The translations under genes and the position numbers were made by a program. Below the pieces are notes generated by a model. The model ran no database searches. It saw nothing but the letters and a program-made list of their open reading frames with translations, and was not told the DNA's origin. From a virus (lineage: Duplodnaviria; Caudoviricetes), in IMG/VR virus record IMGVR_UViG_3300044825_000404, positions 1 to 52,032 of that record: a stretch of 52,032 bases of DNA; one strand, written 5' to 3'. Positions within the stretch are counted from its first letter, which is position 1. Every line of letters starts with the position of its first letter. Positions 15,998 through 23,537 of this stretch are shown here, piece by piece.

Positions 15998-16217
15998 CGT
16001 CGCCTCCGTTCTGCCACTGACCAAAGTACACGGCCTGATCTTCAGCCTCCTCAAGCAGCCTGGGCAGGTCTTCCAACAGAAGACGGGCTTGGCGGATTGA
16101 GAAGTAGATGTCGACGACCCGCTCGGTGCGGCGGTCGTGGGACTTGAAAGCGATCAAGCCGCCTTCGGTGACATGAACAAGGATCTCGTCCTCGTGGACG
16201 GGCTTGTAAGTTGGCAT
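15975..16217 (-). CDS. Hypothetical protein upstream of the initiator
   Basis: MPTYKPVHEDEILV...; its AAGGAG RBS sits inside a long stem. Confidence 0.65.
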   Translation of the reverse strand: MPTYKPVHEDEILVHVTEGGLIAFKSHDRRTERVVDIYFSIRQARLLLEDLPRLLEEAEDQAVYFGQWQNGGDDAESPHP

Positions 16218-16220
16218 AGC

Positions 16221-16355
16221 CAATCTCCTTGGGTGGACGACCCCAGTGTGGAAATTACCGGGGGTGTCTGCACCCGTTGCGGGTGATGAAACGGCATCTG
16301 AGGCCGTCCCCCAAGGAGACTGACTCAGACACACCTTTTACGCTTTCCACGGCGT
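16221..16355 (-). promoter_or_regulatory. Structured leader RNA occluding the RBS of the replication operon
   Basis: About 25-bp stem, 16298-16322 with 16221-16246. Two extra complementary pairs: GTGGAAA/TTTCCAC and GTGTCTG/CAGACAC. Confidence 0.6.
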
Positions 16356-16367
16356 GCTGAAATCTTA

Positions 16368-16568
16368 CTACTCGAACAAGTCAGGGCGCAAGTCCCTGCG
16401 CGTCACAAGCCCTTGCGTGGCCTCTTCGATCCTCTTGGCCAGGGCTGCAGAGCACTTGCGCTTCTCGTGGATTAAGAGGGACATCCAAGACTGAGTGACA
16501 CCCAGGTACTCGGCCATCTCCTTGATCGCTCCGATCGGCTCTTCGTCAAAGTATTGCTTGAGTTTCAT
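16368..16568 (-). CDS. Cro/YdaS-like HTH regulator
   Basis: MAEYLGVTQSWMS...AKRIEEATQGLVTRRDLRPDLF. Confidence 0.85.
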   Translation of the reverse strand: MKLKQYFDEEPIGAIKEMAEYLGVTQSWMSLLIHEKRKCSAALAKRIEEATQGLVTRRDLRPDLFE

Positions 16569-16671
16569 GCCGACAGTCTACTTGAACTTTTTATGCAACA
16601 CAATGTTGACTCGGTGTTTGAGTTGTGTTCTACTGTCTTCACGCCAAAGAGGCGGTAACTGAAAGGTTGAG
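16569..16671. promoter_or_regulatory. Divergent promoter region
   Basis: AT-rich gap. Plus strand TTGACT-N19-TACTGT (16606-16636). Minus strand TTGTGT-N17-TAGACT (16603-16575), placed for a leaderless cro mRNA. Confidence 0.5.
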
Positions 16672-16878
16672 ATGAAGCAACTTCCCTACAACACCGGCAA
16701 AGTCCTGATTGGATGCCGGTACGAACCCGTCAAGCGGGTTGAGTTCAGCCGTGATGCTGAACGCCTCCAAACGGCCCTGATCGGCCGTCCCAAGCGAGAA
16801 GTCACTCCGGGCTACTGCCTGAGTCTGGCGGCCATCTGTGCCGCCCTTGTCGTGGCTTTGATGTGGGTGACGAAATGA
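16672..16878 (+). CDS. Hypothetical protein with C-terminal TM helix
   Basis: PYNTGKVLIGCRY...DAERLQTALI plus a hydrophobic tail. Confidence 0.7.
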   Translation: MKQLPYNTGKVLIGCRYEPVKRVEFSRDAERLQTALIGRPKREVTPGYCLSLAAICAALVVALMWVTK

Positions 16879-17078
16879 GAAACATGAGAGTTCTGATGTC
16901 TGGCTCAACCGTTCGGTTGATTGACCAAGAAGCCGATGCCGCTATCGAAGCAGCCCGCCTGTCGTTCGTGATGAACAGGGGTCTGACCTCGGATGAGTGG
17001 CGCAAGATCATGGAAGTGATCACCTATGCGAAGGTGGCTTGCGCCAACGCCCTGCGGGAGGAGGAAGAAAATGACTGA
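16875..17078 (+). CDS. Hypothetical protein
   Basis: ATGA-coupled ORF in the early rightward operon. Confidence 0.55.
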   Translation: MRNMRVLMSGSTVRLIDQEADAAIEAARLSFVMNRGLTSDEWRKIMEVITYAKVACANALREEEEND

Positions 17079-17229
17079 CGAAGAATACCTAGAGTGGTTG
17101 AAAGATCCCAAGGCCCAAGAGGAATACCAAGAGTGGTGCCTGAAGGAAGCCCTGCGTAATGCAGGTTTGAGCGTGGAAGAAGTGTTGAAAGTAACTGAGA
17201 AGTTTTTCTCTAAGGAGCAACAGAAATGA
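17071..17229 (+). CDS. Hypothetical protein
   Basis: MTDEEYLEWLKDPKAQEEYQEW; GGAGGAGG RBS. Confidence 0.65.
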   Translation: MTDEEYLEWLKDPKAQEEYQEWCLKEALRNAGLSVEEVLKVTEKFFSKEQQK

Positions 17230-17888
17230 GTTTTATCGTTGAAGCAACTGGCGGTGGCCGTGAGTTCAAGATCGTCCCCGCGGGCACCCATTTGGGCCGC
17301 CTGTACCGCATCGTTGACTTGGGAACCCAAACCTCCAAGTACGAAGGCGGTGAAGTGAAGATGCAGCGCAAGGTGATGCTTGGGTGGGAAGTCCACGGCG
17401 AAGCAGACGACGGCACCCCTCTCTTGACGGATGAAGGAAAGCCTATGGCGGTCTTCAAGAACTACACCCTGTCGTGGAATGAAGCCGCAACCCTCCGCAA
17501 GGATCTGCAGGCATGGCGCGGTCAGCCTTGGACCGACAAAGAAGCCGCACGGTTCGACCTGAAGAACGTCCTAGGGCAGTGGTGTATGTTGAACATCATC
17601 CACCGGCCTGGGAACAGTGACGGGAAGATGTTTGCCAACGTCGCAGGGATCTCCCCTGTTCCGGGATTTCTGAAGAAGCAAGGTCTGCCTGATGGCCAAA
17701 ACGAACTGCAGATGTTCCGCCTTGGCGACCCAGACTGGGAACTGTTCGAGACCTTCTCTAAGGGCCTCAAGGCCAAGATCGAGTCCTCACCCGAGTACAA
17801 GGCTCTGGCCAACACCGGCGTCTCCGGAAACGGGAAGAAGAGTCTCGCGTCTATGGACAACGATCTGGATGAGGACATCCCCTTCTAA
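17226..17888 (+). CDS. Phage single-stranded DNA-binding protein
   Basis: PAGTHLGRLYRIVDLGTQ OB-type start and acidic C-terminal tail DLDEDIPF. Confidence 0.75.
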   Translation: MSFIVEATGGGREFKIVPAGTHLGRLYRIVDLGTQTSKYEGGEVKMQRKVMLGWEVHGEADDGTPLLTDEGKPMAVFKNYTLSWNEAATLRKDLQAWRGQPWTDKEAARFDLKNVLGQWCMLNIIHRPGNSDGKMFANVAGISPVPGFLKKQGLPDGQNELQMFRLGDPDWELFETFSKGLKAKIESSPEYKALANTGVSGNGKKSLASMDNDLDEDIPF

Positions 17889-17900
17889 CTTGGAGTTAAC

Positions 17901-18668
17901 ATGATCGTCAGAGCATCGGAATCACAGCACTGGTACACCAAGTCTGGGGAACCGGCTTACTCGGTCAAGAACAAGGATGGGCATCAGCGACCAACCACCC
18001 TTCGGGATGCGCGGAAGTTGGGGCTCGTCCCCTCTGTGACCACCATCATCAAATGCGCCGCATCTCCGGGCCTGGAGGCTTGGAAACTGCAACAGATGAT
18101 GCTTGCGGCCTTGACCCTTCCCAGGGCCCCAGAAGAGACGGAAGAGTCCTTTATCAGCCGGATTCAGACGGACTCCAAGGAACAGGCCAAAGCCGCGGCA
18201 GAAAGGGGTTCAGAGGTCCATGCGGCCCTTGAATCCTTCTTCGAGACCCGTCATGTCACCTCGAAGTTCTCGGACGCCGTACTGGGAACCGAAGGGGAGA
18301 TCGTCAAGGTTTTTGGCGACCTGGAATGGTGTACCGAGAAGTCTTTTGGTCACCCCCTCGGATTTGGGGGAAAAGTAGACCTTCATTCCCGCGATGGGAA
18401 TGGGGTTGTGATCGATTTTAAGACCAAAGAGTTCACCAGTGACCAAGCAGAAAAGGTTCAGGGGTTCGATGAGCACCTTATGCAACTGGCTGCCTATCGC
18501 GTTGGTCTGGATCTGCCTGAGGCTCGATGCGCGAACGTCTTCGTCTCGGTTACAGAACCGGGACTGGTCGTTGTCAGGGAGTGGTCACAAGAAGACCTAA
18601 ATCGGGGGCGAACGATGTTCGAGTCGCTCCTGAACTATTGGTATGCAAAGTCAGGACTGGAGAGATAA
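17901..18668 (+). CDS. PD-(D/E)XK exonuclease (RecB/Cas4-like recombination nuclease)
   Basis: PSVTTII, RGSEVHAALE, GFGGKVDL, VIDFKTK and QLAAY motifs. Confidence 0.85.
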   Translation: MIVRASESQHWYTKSGEPAYSVKNKDGHQRPTTLRDARKLGLVPSVTTIIKCAASPGLEAWKLQQMMLAALTLPRAPEETEESFISRIQTDSKEQAKAAAERGSEVHAALESFFETRHVTSKFSDAVLGTEGEIVKVFGDLEWCTEKSFGHPLGFGGKVDLHSRDGNGVVIDFKTKEFTSDQAEKVQGFDEHLMQLAAYRVGLDLPEARCANVFVSVTEPGLVVVREWSQEDLNRGRTMFESLLNYWYAKSGLER

Positions 18669-18839
18669 ATGAGCGACTCATTCTGGGGCACTGCGCTCCT
18701 CATCTGGACGGTGTTGGCATGGTTCACCCATGTCATCGTCTCAATCGCCTCTAGCAAGTGGGTTCTCCTACTTGCGGGCGCGATCTTCTTCCCCGTGGGC
18801 TGTGTCCACGGAACTGGTGTTTGGTTTGGCTTTTTCTAA
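18669..18839 (+). CDS. Small membrane protein (56 aa)
   Basis: MSDSFWGTALLIWTVLAWFTHVIVSIASSKWVLLLAGAIFFPVGCVHGTGVWFGFF; GGAG RBS. Confidence 0.7.
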   Translation: MSDSFWGTALLIWTVLAWFTHVIVSIASSKWVLLLAGAIFFPVGCVHGTGVWFGFF

Positions 18840-18848
18840 GGAGAGAAC

Positions 18849-19223
18849 ATGATTACCCTACAACTCACCCCCGTGCAGTACGACATCGTGAAGGCTGCAG
18901 TCGTGGCCTACAGCGACGGCCTGATGAAGGTCATTGATAGCGCCCAAGAGCCGCTTTTCTTCCAAGAGCCGGAAGAGGCAGAGATCCCTGCGCTCAAAGT
19001 TCCCAAGGGCTTCAGCCTGTCTGAGCAGCAAGTTCGGGCCATGAAGGATGCAGGGGCCTGGGACGACTTGCCCAGGCGGGTCAATGTCATCAAGGGCTAC
19101 ATCAGTGAGCACCGCAAGAATGTCCGAGCCGAGAAGGCTGCCGCCAAGAAAGCCGCCCCTTATGGCCTGAAGAAGGACGGCACTCCCCGCAAGGCTCCTG
19201 GCCGCAAGAAGGTGATTGCATGA
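18849..19223 (+). CDS. Hypothetical protein with basic AT-hook-like tail
   Basis: C-terminal APYGLKKDGTPRKAPGRKK; AAGGAG RBS. Confidence 0.75.
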   Translation: MITLQLTPVQYDIVKAAVVAYSDGLMKVIDSAQEPLFFQEPEEAEIPALKVPKGFSLSEQQVRAMKDAGAWDDLPRRVNVIKGYISEHRKNVRAEKAAAKKAAPYGLKKDGTPRKAPGRKKVIA

Positions 19224-19441
19224 TGCTCACAACTGAAGAGGTCAAAGACGCCTTCCGCACCATCTGGTTGGAGGAGAACTATGCTTTCCTCGAAGAAGAC
19301 CTAGTGAAACTTGCCAATGGCTTTATCGCCGCGGCTGCACCTAAAATCGCCCGAGCAGAGCGGGAAAAGTGCATTGAGTTCGTGCGATCTCTCAACGGGG
19401 TGGTCGCAGACGCCCTGCAGGAGAAGCGCCGTGACGCCTGA
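19220..19441 (+). CDS. Hypothetical protein
   Basis: 73 aa, ATGA-coupled. Confidence 0.65.
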   Translation: MMLTTEEVKDAFRTIWLEENYAFLEEDLVKLANGFIAAAAPKIARAEREKCIEFVRSLNGVVADALQEKRRDA

Positions 19442-19655
19442 TGAGTTCATCGACGCACTGTTCGGGAAGGGGTGGACAAACGATCAACTGCCCATCTTCC
19501 TTGACATCCTCAAGGGGTTTGACAGGGACTCCAAGAGGTATCACGAGGTTCGAGAACTCTTGGCCAACAGGAACGGCTTTGCCGCAACTAGGGAGCAACT
19601 CAGTGAAATTGATGACTTGGTTGACGAGGCAGCAAGATATGCCGGACCTGTTTGA
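19431..19655 (+). CDS. Hypothetical protein
   Basis: GTG start VTPDEFIDALFGKGW after AGGAG. Confidence 0.55.
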   Translation: MTPDEFIDALFGKGWTNDQLPIFLDILKGFDRDSKRYHEVRELLANRNGFAATREQLSEIDDLVDEAARYAGPV

Positions 19656-19806
19656 CTACGCTCCGATCCTCATCAAGATTGAGCAACTCGAACGCAGGAT
19701 CCACGATCTCTGCCTAGAGAAGCAGCACCAGGAGGCCATCCCCCTGGTGGAAGAGATGATGGAACAATGCGTGGTGCTGAAGAAGTGGCTCAAGGCCCAG
19801 AAATGA
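19639..19806 (+). CDS. Hypothetical protein
   Basis: MPDLFDYAPILIKIE...; helical. Confidence 0.55.
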   Translation: MPDLFDYAPILIKIEQLERRIHDLCLEKQHQEAIPLVEEMMEQCVVLKKWLKAQK

Positions 19807-20024
19807 TCCTCATCAAGATCAGCGAGGGGAAGTTGGAAGCGAACTGGGATGAGATCGTCGCCCTGGCTGACGAGTTCGACCAAGGCTCCAATACTGAAGA
19901 TGCCTACATGAGCAAGATCTTCTCGCTGATCTTCGACAAGGGCTACGAACAGGCCCTCGTGGACATGGAAGAGCACAACAGAAGGCTCATCTTACTGGCC
20001 ACTTGCACCGGCGGACACGCATAA
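19803..20024 (+). CDS. Hypothetical protein
   Basis: MILIKISEGKLEANWDE...; last gene before the convergent terminator. Confidence 0.55.
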   Translation: MILIKISEGKLEANWDEIVALADEFDQGSNTEDAYMSKIFSLIFDKGYEQALVDMEEHNRRLILLATCTGGHA

Positions 20025-20045
20025 AAAAGGCCCCCGAAGGGGCCT
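20023..20045 (-). terminator. Rho-independent terminator at the convergence of early and late operons
   Basis: AGGCCCC-TTCG-GGGGCC followed by TTTTTT on the minus strand. Confidence 0.85.
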
Positions 20046-20087
20046 AACTCTCGTGTTTGGCAACTGCGAGAGACTGGAGAGATTCTG

Positions 20088-21095
20088 TTAGGGCATGGGG
20101 TTGCCCATGGGATCCACACTAGTCAAGGCTCGTTGAGCCTCTTCTTCGCTCACTCCACGAGAACGCATCTTGTCCAGTAGGTACAGGGTCAGCGGGGAGC
20201 CCATGCTCAAAGCGGCCCCGCCCAGTCTCGTTGCGGGCGTAGGAATCATCGCAGCACCGCCTCCGATCGCTCCCGCACCGGCGATGGTTGCGCCGATGGG
20301 ATCACCTTGTTGCATCCGCCTCATGGCCTCCATGCCTGACTCTGCAGCACTGACGCCACCAAGAGCGCCCATGGTCTTGGGCATATTCATCATGCCCTGA
20401 CCTACACGTTGCAGTGGAGGCGGCTCAACCGTCGGCGGCTTGGCAAAGCGAAATTCAGGTTGCACCCCACCGATGCGGGCGCCCTTTCGGAGACCCTGCT
20501 CAAGTTGATGAGCCTCGGAAAAGGTCCGACCTCCCCGGTTGCCGTACCCCATGGCACCCGCCCATTTCTCAACTGGGGTTCCGGTACGGGTGGTCGCGGG
20601 GCCGCCTTGCACATTAGCCATCAGGCCCTGCATCATCTGAGAACCACCTGCGCCACCCGCGGCAGCCGCAAGATCAATCAGAGCCCGCGTCGGATCGACG
20701 TTCTGAGCCATCTGCCTAGCCTGGGTGGCCACAGACTGCGCCGGAGTAGGAGCGGCAGGCTTGGGCTCTTGTGTGGTGTCCGCGCCAGGAATTAGGTTGG
20801 GGCCCAGGCGCTGCAGTTCGCTTGCAACCGCCGCTCGATCGGCTTCTGCGCGTTGAAGAGCGGCAGTGTCGTTTTTAGTCCTGGCATCAAGGATGCGCTG
20901 AACTGCACTTTTATACTCTGCCTGCAGGATCTGGATTTGCTCGGGTTTTGGAGAAATATCCGCTTTCTCCCGAGGAGGGGCCTTGTAGTATTGAGCGGCA
21001 GCCAGAGCCTCAATCTGCTCGTCTGTGGCATCCGCAGGAGCGGTAACCGTGATGACTCCACTAGGCGTCCGAACCTTGAACTGTTTATCGGCCAT
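20088..21095 (-). CDS. Putative ejection/internal virion protein
   Basis: Ala/Gly-rich with hydrophobic C-terminal helices; last gene of the virion module. Confidence 0.55.
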   Translation of the reverse strand: MADKQFKVRTPSGVITVTAPADATDEQIEALAAAQYYKAPPREKADISPKPEQIQILQAEYKSAVQRILDARTKNDTAALQRAEADRAAVASELQRLGPNLIPGADTTQEPKPAAPTPAQSVATQARQMAQNVDPTRALIDLAAAAGGAGGSQMMQGLMANVQGGPATTRTGTPVEKWAGAMGYGNRGGRTFSEAHQLEQGLRKGARIGGVQPEFRFAKPPTVEPPPLQRVGQGMMNMPKTMGALGGVSAAESGMEAMRRMQQGDPIGATIAGAGAIGGGAAMIPTPATRLGGAALSMGSPLTLYLLDKMRSRGVSEEEAQRALTSVDPMGNPMP

Positions 21096-21097
21096 AG

Positions 21098-22573
21098 TTA
21101 CCTCACCACCTTAAACGGCTTCTGCCCCGGATACACGATGTTCGTCACCCGGCGTTGGTAGTCGCCAAACAACTTGGCGAACTCCGGAGTGTCTTCAAAA
21201 TCCTCATACTGCATCTTGCTCCTACGCAAGGCAGAAGCCAGTTCGCTCTCAAACTTGGCCTTCTCGCGCATGAAGTTCAACTTCTGGCCGAACGACCGCA
21301 ACGTGTCGGTCATGTTCGGTCCCATGGCGTTGACCATCTGCTGCTCGAAGTTCGACACAGAAGTCCCAGATCCCAGGCCTTTGCGTTGCTCGAACTGCGT
21401 GATGGCCAGGAGTTGACCCAACTCAGCAGCACGGTCAATCACATCCTGCGGGGCTCCAGTCTGAGCGACGATCTTGCGAACCGCAGGAACACCAACAGAG
21501 AATGTCCCAACACGGACAGCCTCTTCGACCAGACTGCCGAGAGCCGAGATCACATCACCGCGCTCCAGGACACCCATGACCTGATCCATGCCGGGAGCCT
21601 TGATGAGAACTTCCATCCGGTCATAGATCGGCAGGAGCCCAAGAGCAGCCTTGCCTGCAGCACGAACCTGAGCGGTCTGCTCCCCTCGTGACTTGGCTCC
21701 GGCCACCGCCTCTTCTTTCGCTGCGGCACTTGCGGCTTCGGACTCAGAAACAGTCCTGCGCCCAGGAGCAGCACCAGGGGCACCAGGGGCAGCCATGCCA
21801 CCAGGACGGCGGAACTTCTCAATCCACTCCCCGCCTTTACCCGCTTCTTCAGCAGTCTTGTACTGGTCGTACTCATACGGCGTCATCTTGAACGTGCCGT
21901 ACGGGGTGGCGAATTCTTCCTGCTTCTGGCCAGGGATACGCAGGTTCAGGTACTGCTGCGTATCGCTGTCAAACACAATGCCGTTCATTGACATCTTGAA
22001 CCGATCCCGCTGAGACCTGATCATGTCAGACAGGATCTTTGCTTTGCCCTCTTGCCCAGGCATGGCGGCCAAACGAGCAATGTCTTGCTCAGTAATTGAA
22101 CGCATACCACCTTGAGGAGCGGCGGCAGGCGTTGCGCCTTCAGCAGGGGAGACGGGAGCGCCTGGGGCGGCACCAGGGGTAGCAGGAGCGGCAGGGGCAG
22201 TACCAGGAGTCTGACCACCAAGAAGCCTTCGGAACTCACGCTCACCCCGAGCGGTTTGAGCCATTCCCAGTTCCTGGGCTGCCAACTCAGACCGAATCTG
22301 GGCAATCTCCATGGCCCGCTTTTCTTCACCCGCCTGAGCAGGACCGACCATGGCCGCCGCATTTCCAAGAGCCTCGCCGAAGGATCCAGTCTTGGTGGGG
22401 GCAAGCATCCCCTGAGCGATGGCCAAGAGAACTGGATCAAAAAGTTGGTTCTCCCGAGACTTCAGGGCATCTTCCAAAGCCTTGCGGCTTGCCATGACCT
22501 TCTGAAGAGCGGCCTGCTCCTCAGGAGTATCAGCAATCATTGAAAGGGCGGAGCGTTGAGCGGTATTTGCCAT
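21098..22573 (-). CDS. Putative ejection (DNA-transfer) protein
   Basis: Helical, Ala-rich; GMLAPTKTGSFGEALG and GTSVSNFE motifs; position in the module. Confidence 0.6.
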   Translation of the reverse strand: MANTAQRSALSMIADTPEEQAALQKVMASRKALEDALKSRENQLFDPVLLAIAQGMLAPTKTGSFGEALGNAAAMVGPAQAGEEKRAMEIAQIRSELAAQELGMAQTARGEREFRRLLGGQTPGTAPAAPATPGAAPGAPVSPAEGATPAAAPQGGMRSITEQDIARLAAMPGQEGKAKILSDMIRSQRDRFKMSMNGIVFDSDTQQYLNLRIPGQKQEEFATPYGTFKMTPYEYDQYKTAEEAGKGGEWIEKFRRPGGMAAPGAPGAAPGRRTVSESEAASAAAKEEAVAGAKSRGEQTAQVRAAGKAALGLLPIYDRMEVLIKAPGMDQVMGVLERGDVISALGSLVEEAVRVGTFSVGVPAVRKIVAQTGAPQDVIDRAAELGQLLAITQFEQRKGLGSGTSVSNFEQQMVNAMGPNMTDTLRSFGQKLNFMREKAKFESELASALRRSKMQYEDFEDTPEFAKLFGDYQRRVTNIVYPGQKPFKVVR

Positions 22574-22588
22574 GCTTATGCCTTTGTA

Positions 22589-23527
22589 TCAGGGCCCACC
22601 ATAATCGTCGCCATACGGTGGCTGCGTCATCCAATTAGAACCGCCTGGGGGCGTCCTGCTACCAATCTGCTTCCCAACCCAGTCAAACATACGGTTGCCC
22701 CAACCCTTGTCGGTGTTGAAGCCAGAACCGATCAGAGCGCCAAGACCGGCGATCTGTTGCAGGGGGGATGGCGGGAAGGCGGACGGAGGCTGCAGGGCCT
22801 TCTCCGACACCGTCGTCGGGTAGGTGTAGCCACGCAGGAGTTGCGCCACATTCTGAGCCCGGACAACCGGCGCTTCAATCTTGGCCTGCTCGTAAGCCTG
22901 CTGAGTCGCACCAAGATCGGCCATGGTCTTGAGACCCGTGGTGGCCGCTTGTTGCTGTTGAGCGCCCAACCCACCCAGAGCCTGGGCGGCTTGAGACTGC
23001 TGCTGACGCTGACGCAAAGCGGCTTCTAGGGCAGAGCCATACCCCGCAGACATGGCCTTGGCCTGCTGACCCAGAAGATCTGCCTGCACATCCGCTAGGG
23101 CCTGCCCAGTAGCCCCGGCGTACCGCTGAGACCCTAGTCCGCCGCTGCCCACAAATGCGGACTTGAACTGCGGCAGAAGGTTCCTCTGCACATTCCGGGC
23201 GCTCTGACGCGCCATCTCATCCACAACCTGCTGTTGATAAGGGTTGTAGAACTGCGAGATGTCCTGAGCCGTCACCGGAGCGGCAGACTGTTGTGCCGCA
23301 CTTACACCAGACTGGATAGCCTGTTGATAGCCGCCTAGAGCCCCAGGCGCTGCGGCATAAGCCTGTTGTTGCAAGGCCCCAGGCCCTGCCACTCGGGCAT
23401 CACCAAGCAGACCCTGGCCCGACTGGGCAAGGCTCGTAAGGTAGTCTGTGAGGTACTGAGGAGCAGTAGTCGCTGTAGTGCGACTGGTCTCGATCAGTGG
23501 GATGGATCCAGGGTCAAAGAGTCCCAT
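22589..23527 (-). CDS. Putative ejection (DNA-transfer) protein
   Basis: Gln/Ala-rich; FYNPYQQQVVD...GGLGSQR pattern typical of podophage pilot proteins. Confidence 0.65.
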   Translation of the reverse strand: MGLFDPGSIPLIETSRTTATTAPQYLTDYLTSLAQSGQGLLGDARVAGPGALQQQAYAAAPGALGGYQQAIQSGVSAAQQSAAPVTAQDISQFYNPYQQQVVDEMARQSARNVQRNLLPQFKSAFVGSGGLGSQRYAGATGQALADVQADLLGQQAKAMSAGYGSALEAALRQRQQQSQAAQALGGLGAQQQQAATTGLKTMADLGATQQAYEQAKIEAPVVRAQNVAQLLRGYTYPTTVSEKALQPPSAFPPSPLQQIAGLGALIGSGFNTDKGWGNRMFDWVGKQIGSRTPPGGSNWMTQPPYGDDYGGP

Positions 23528-23537
23528 ATCTGCTCCT

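Noticed and set aside
17901-18668. Cas4 as an adaptation module for the array
   Set aside because: No Fe-S cysteine cluster; it sits beside the SSB in a typical recombination operon more than 6 kb away.
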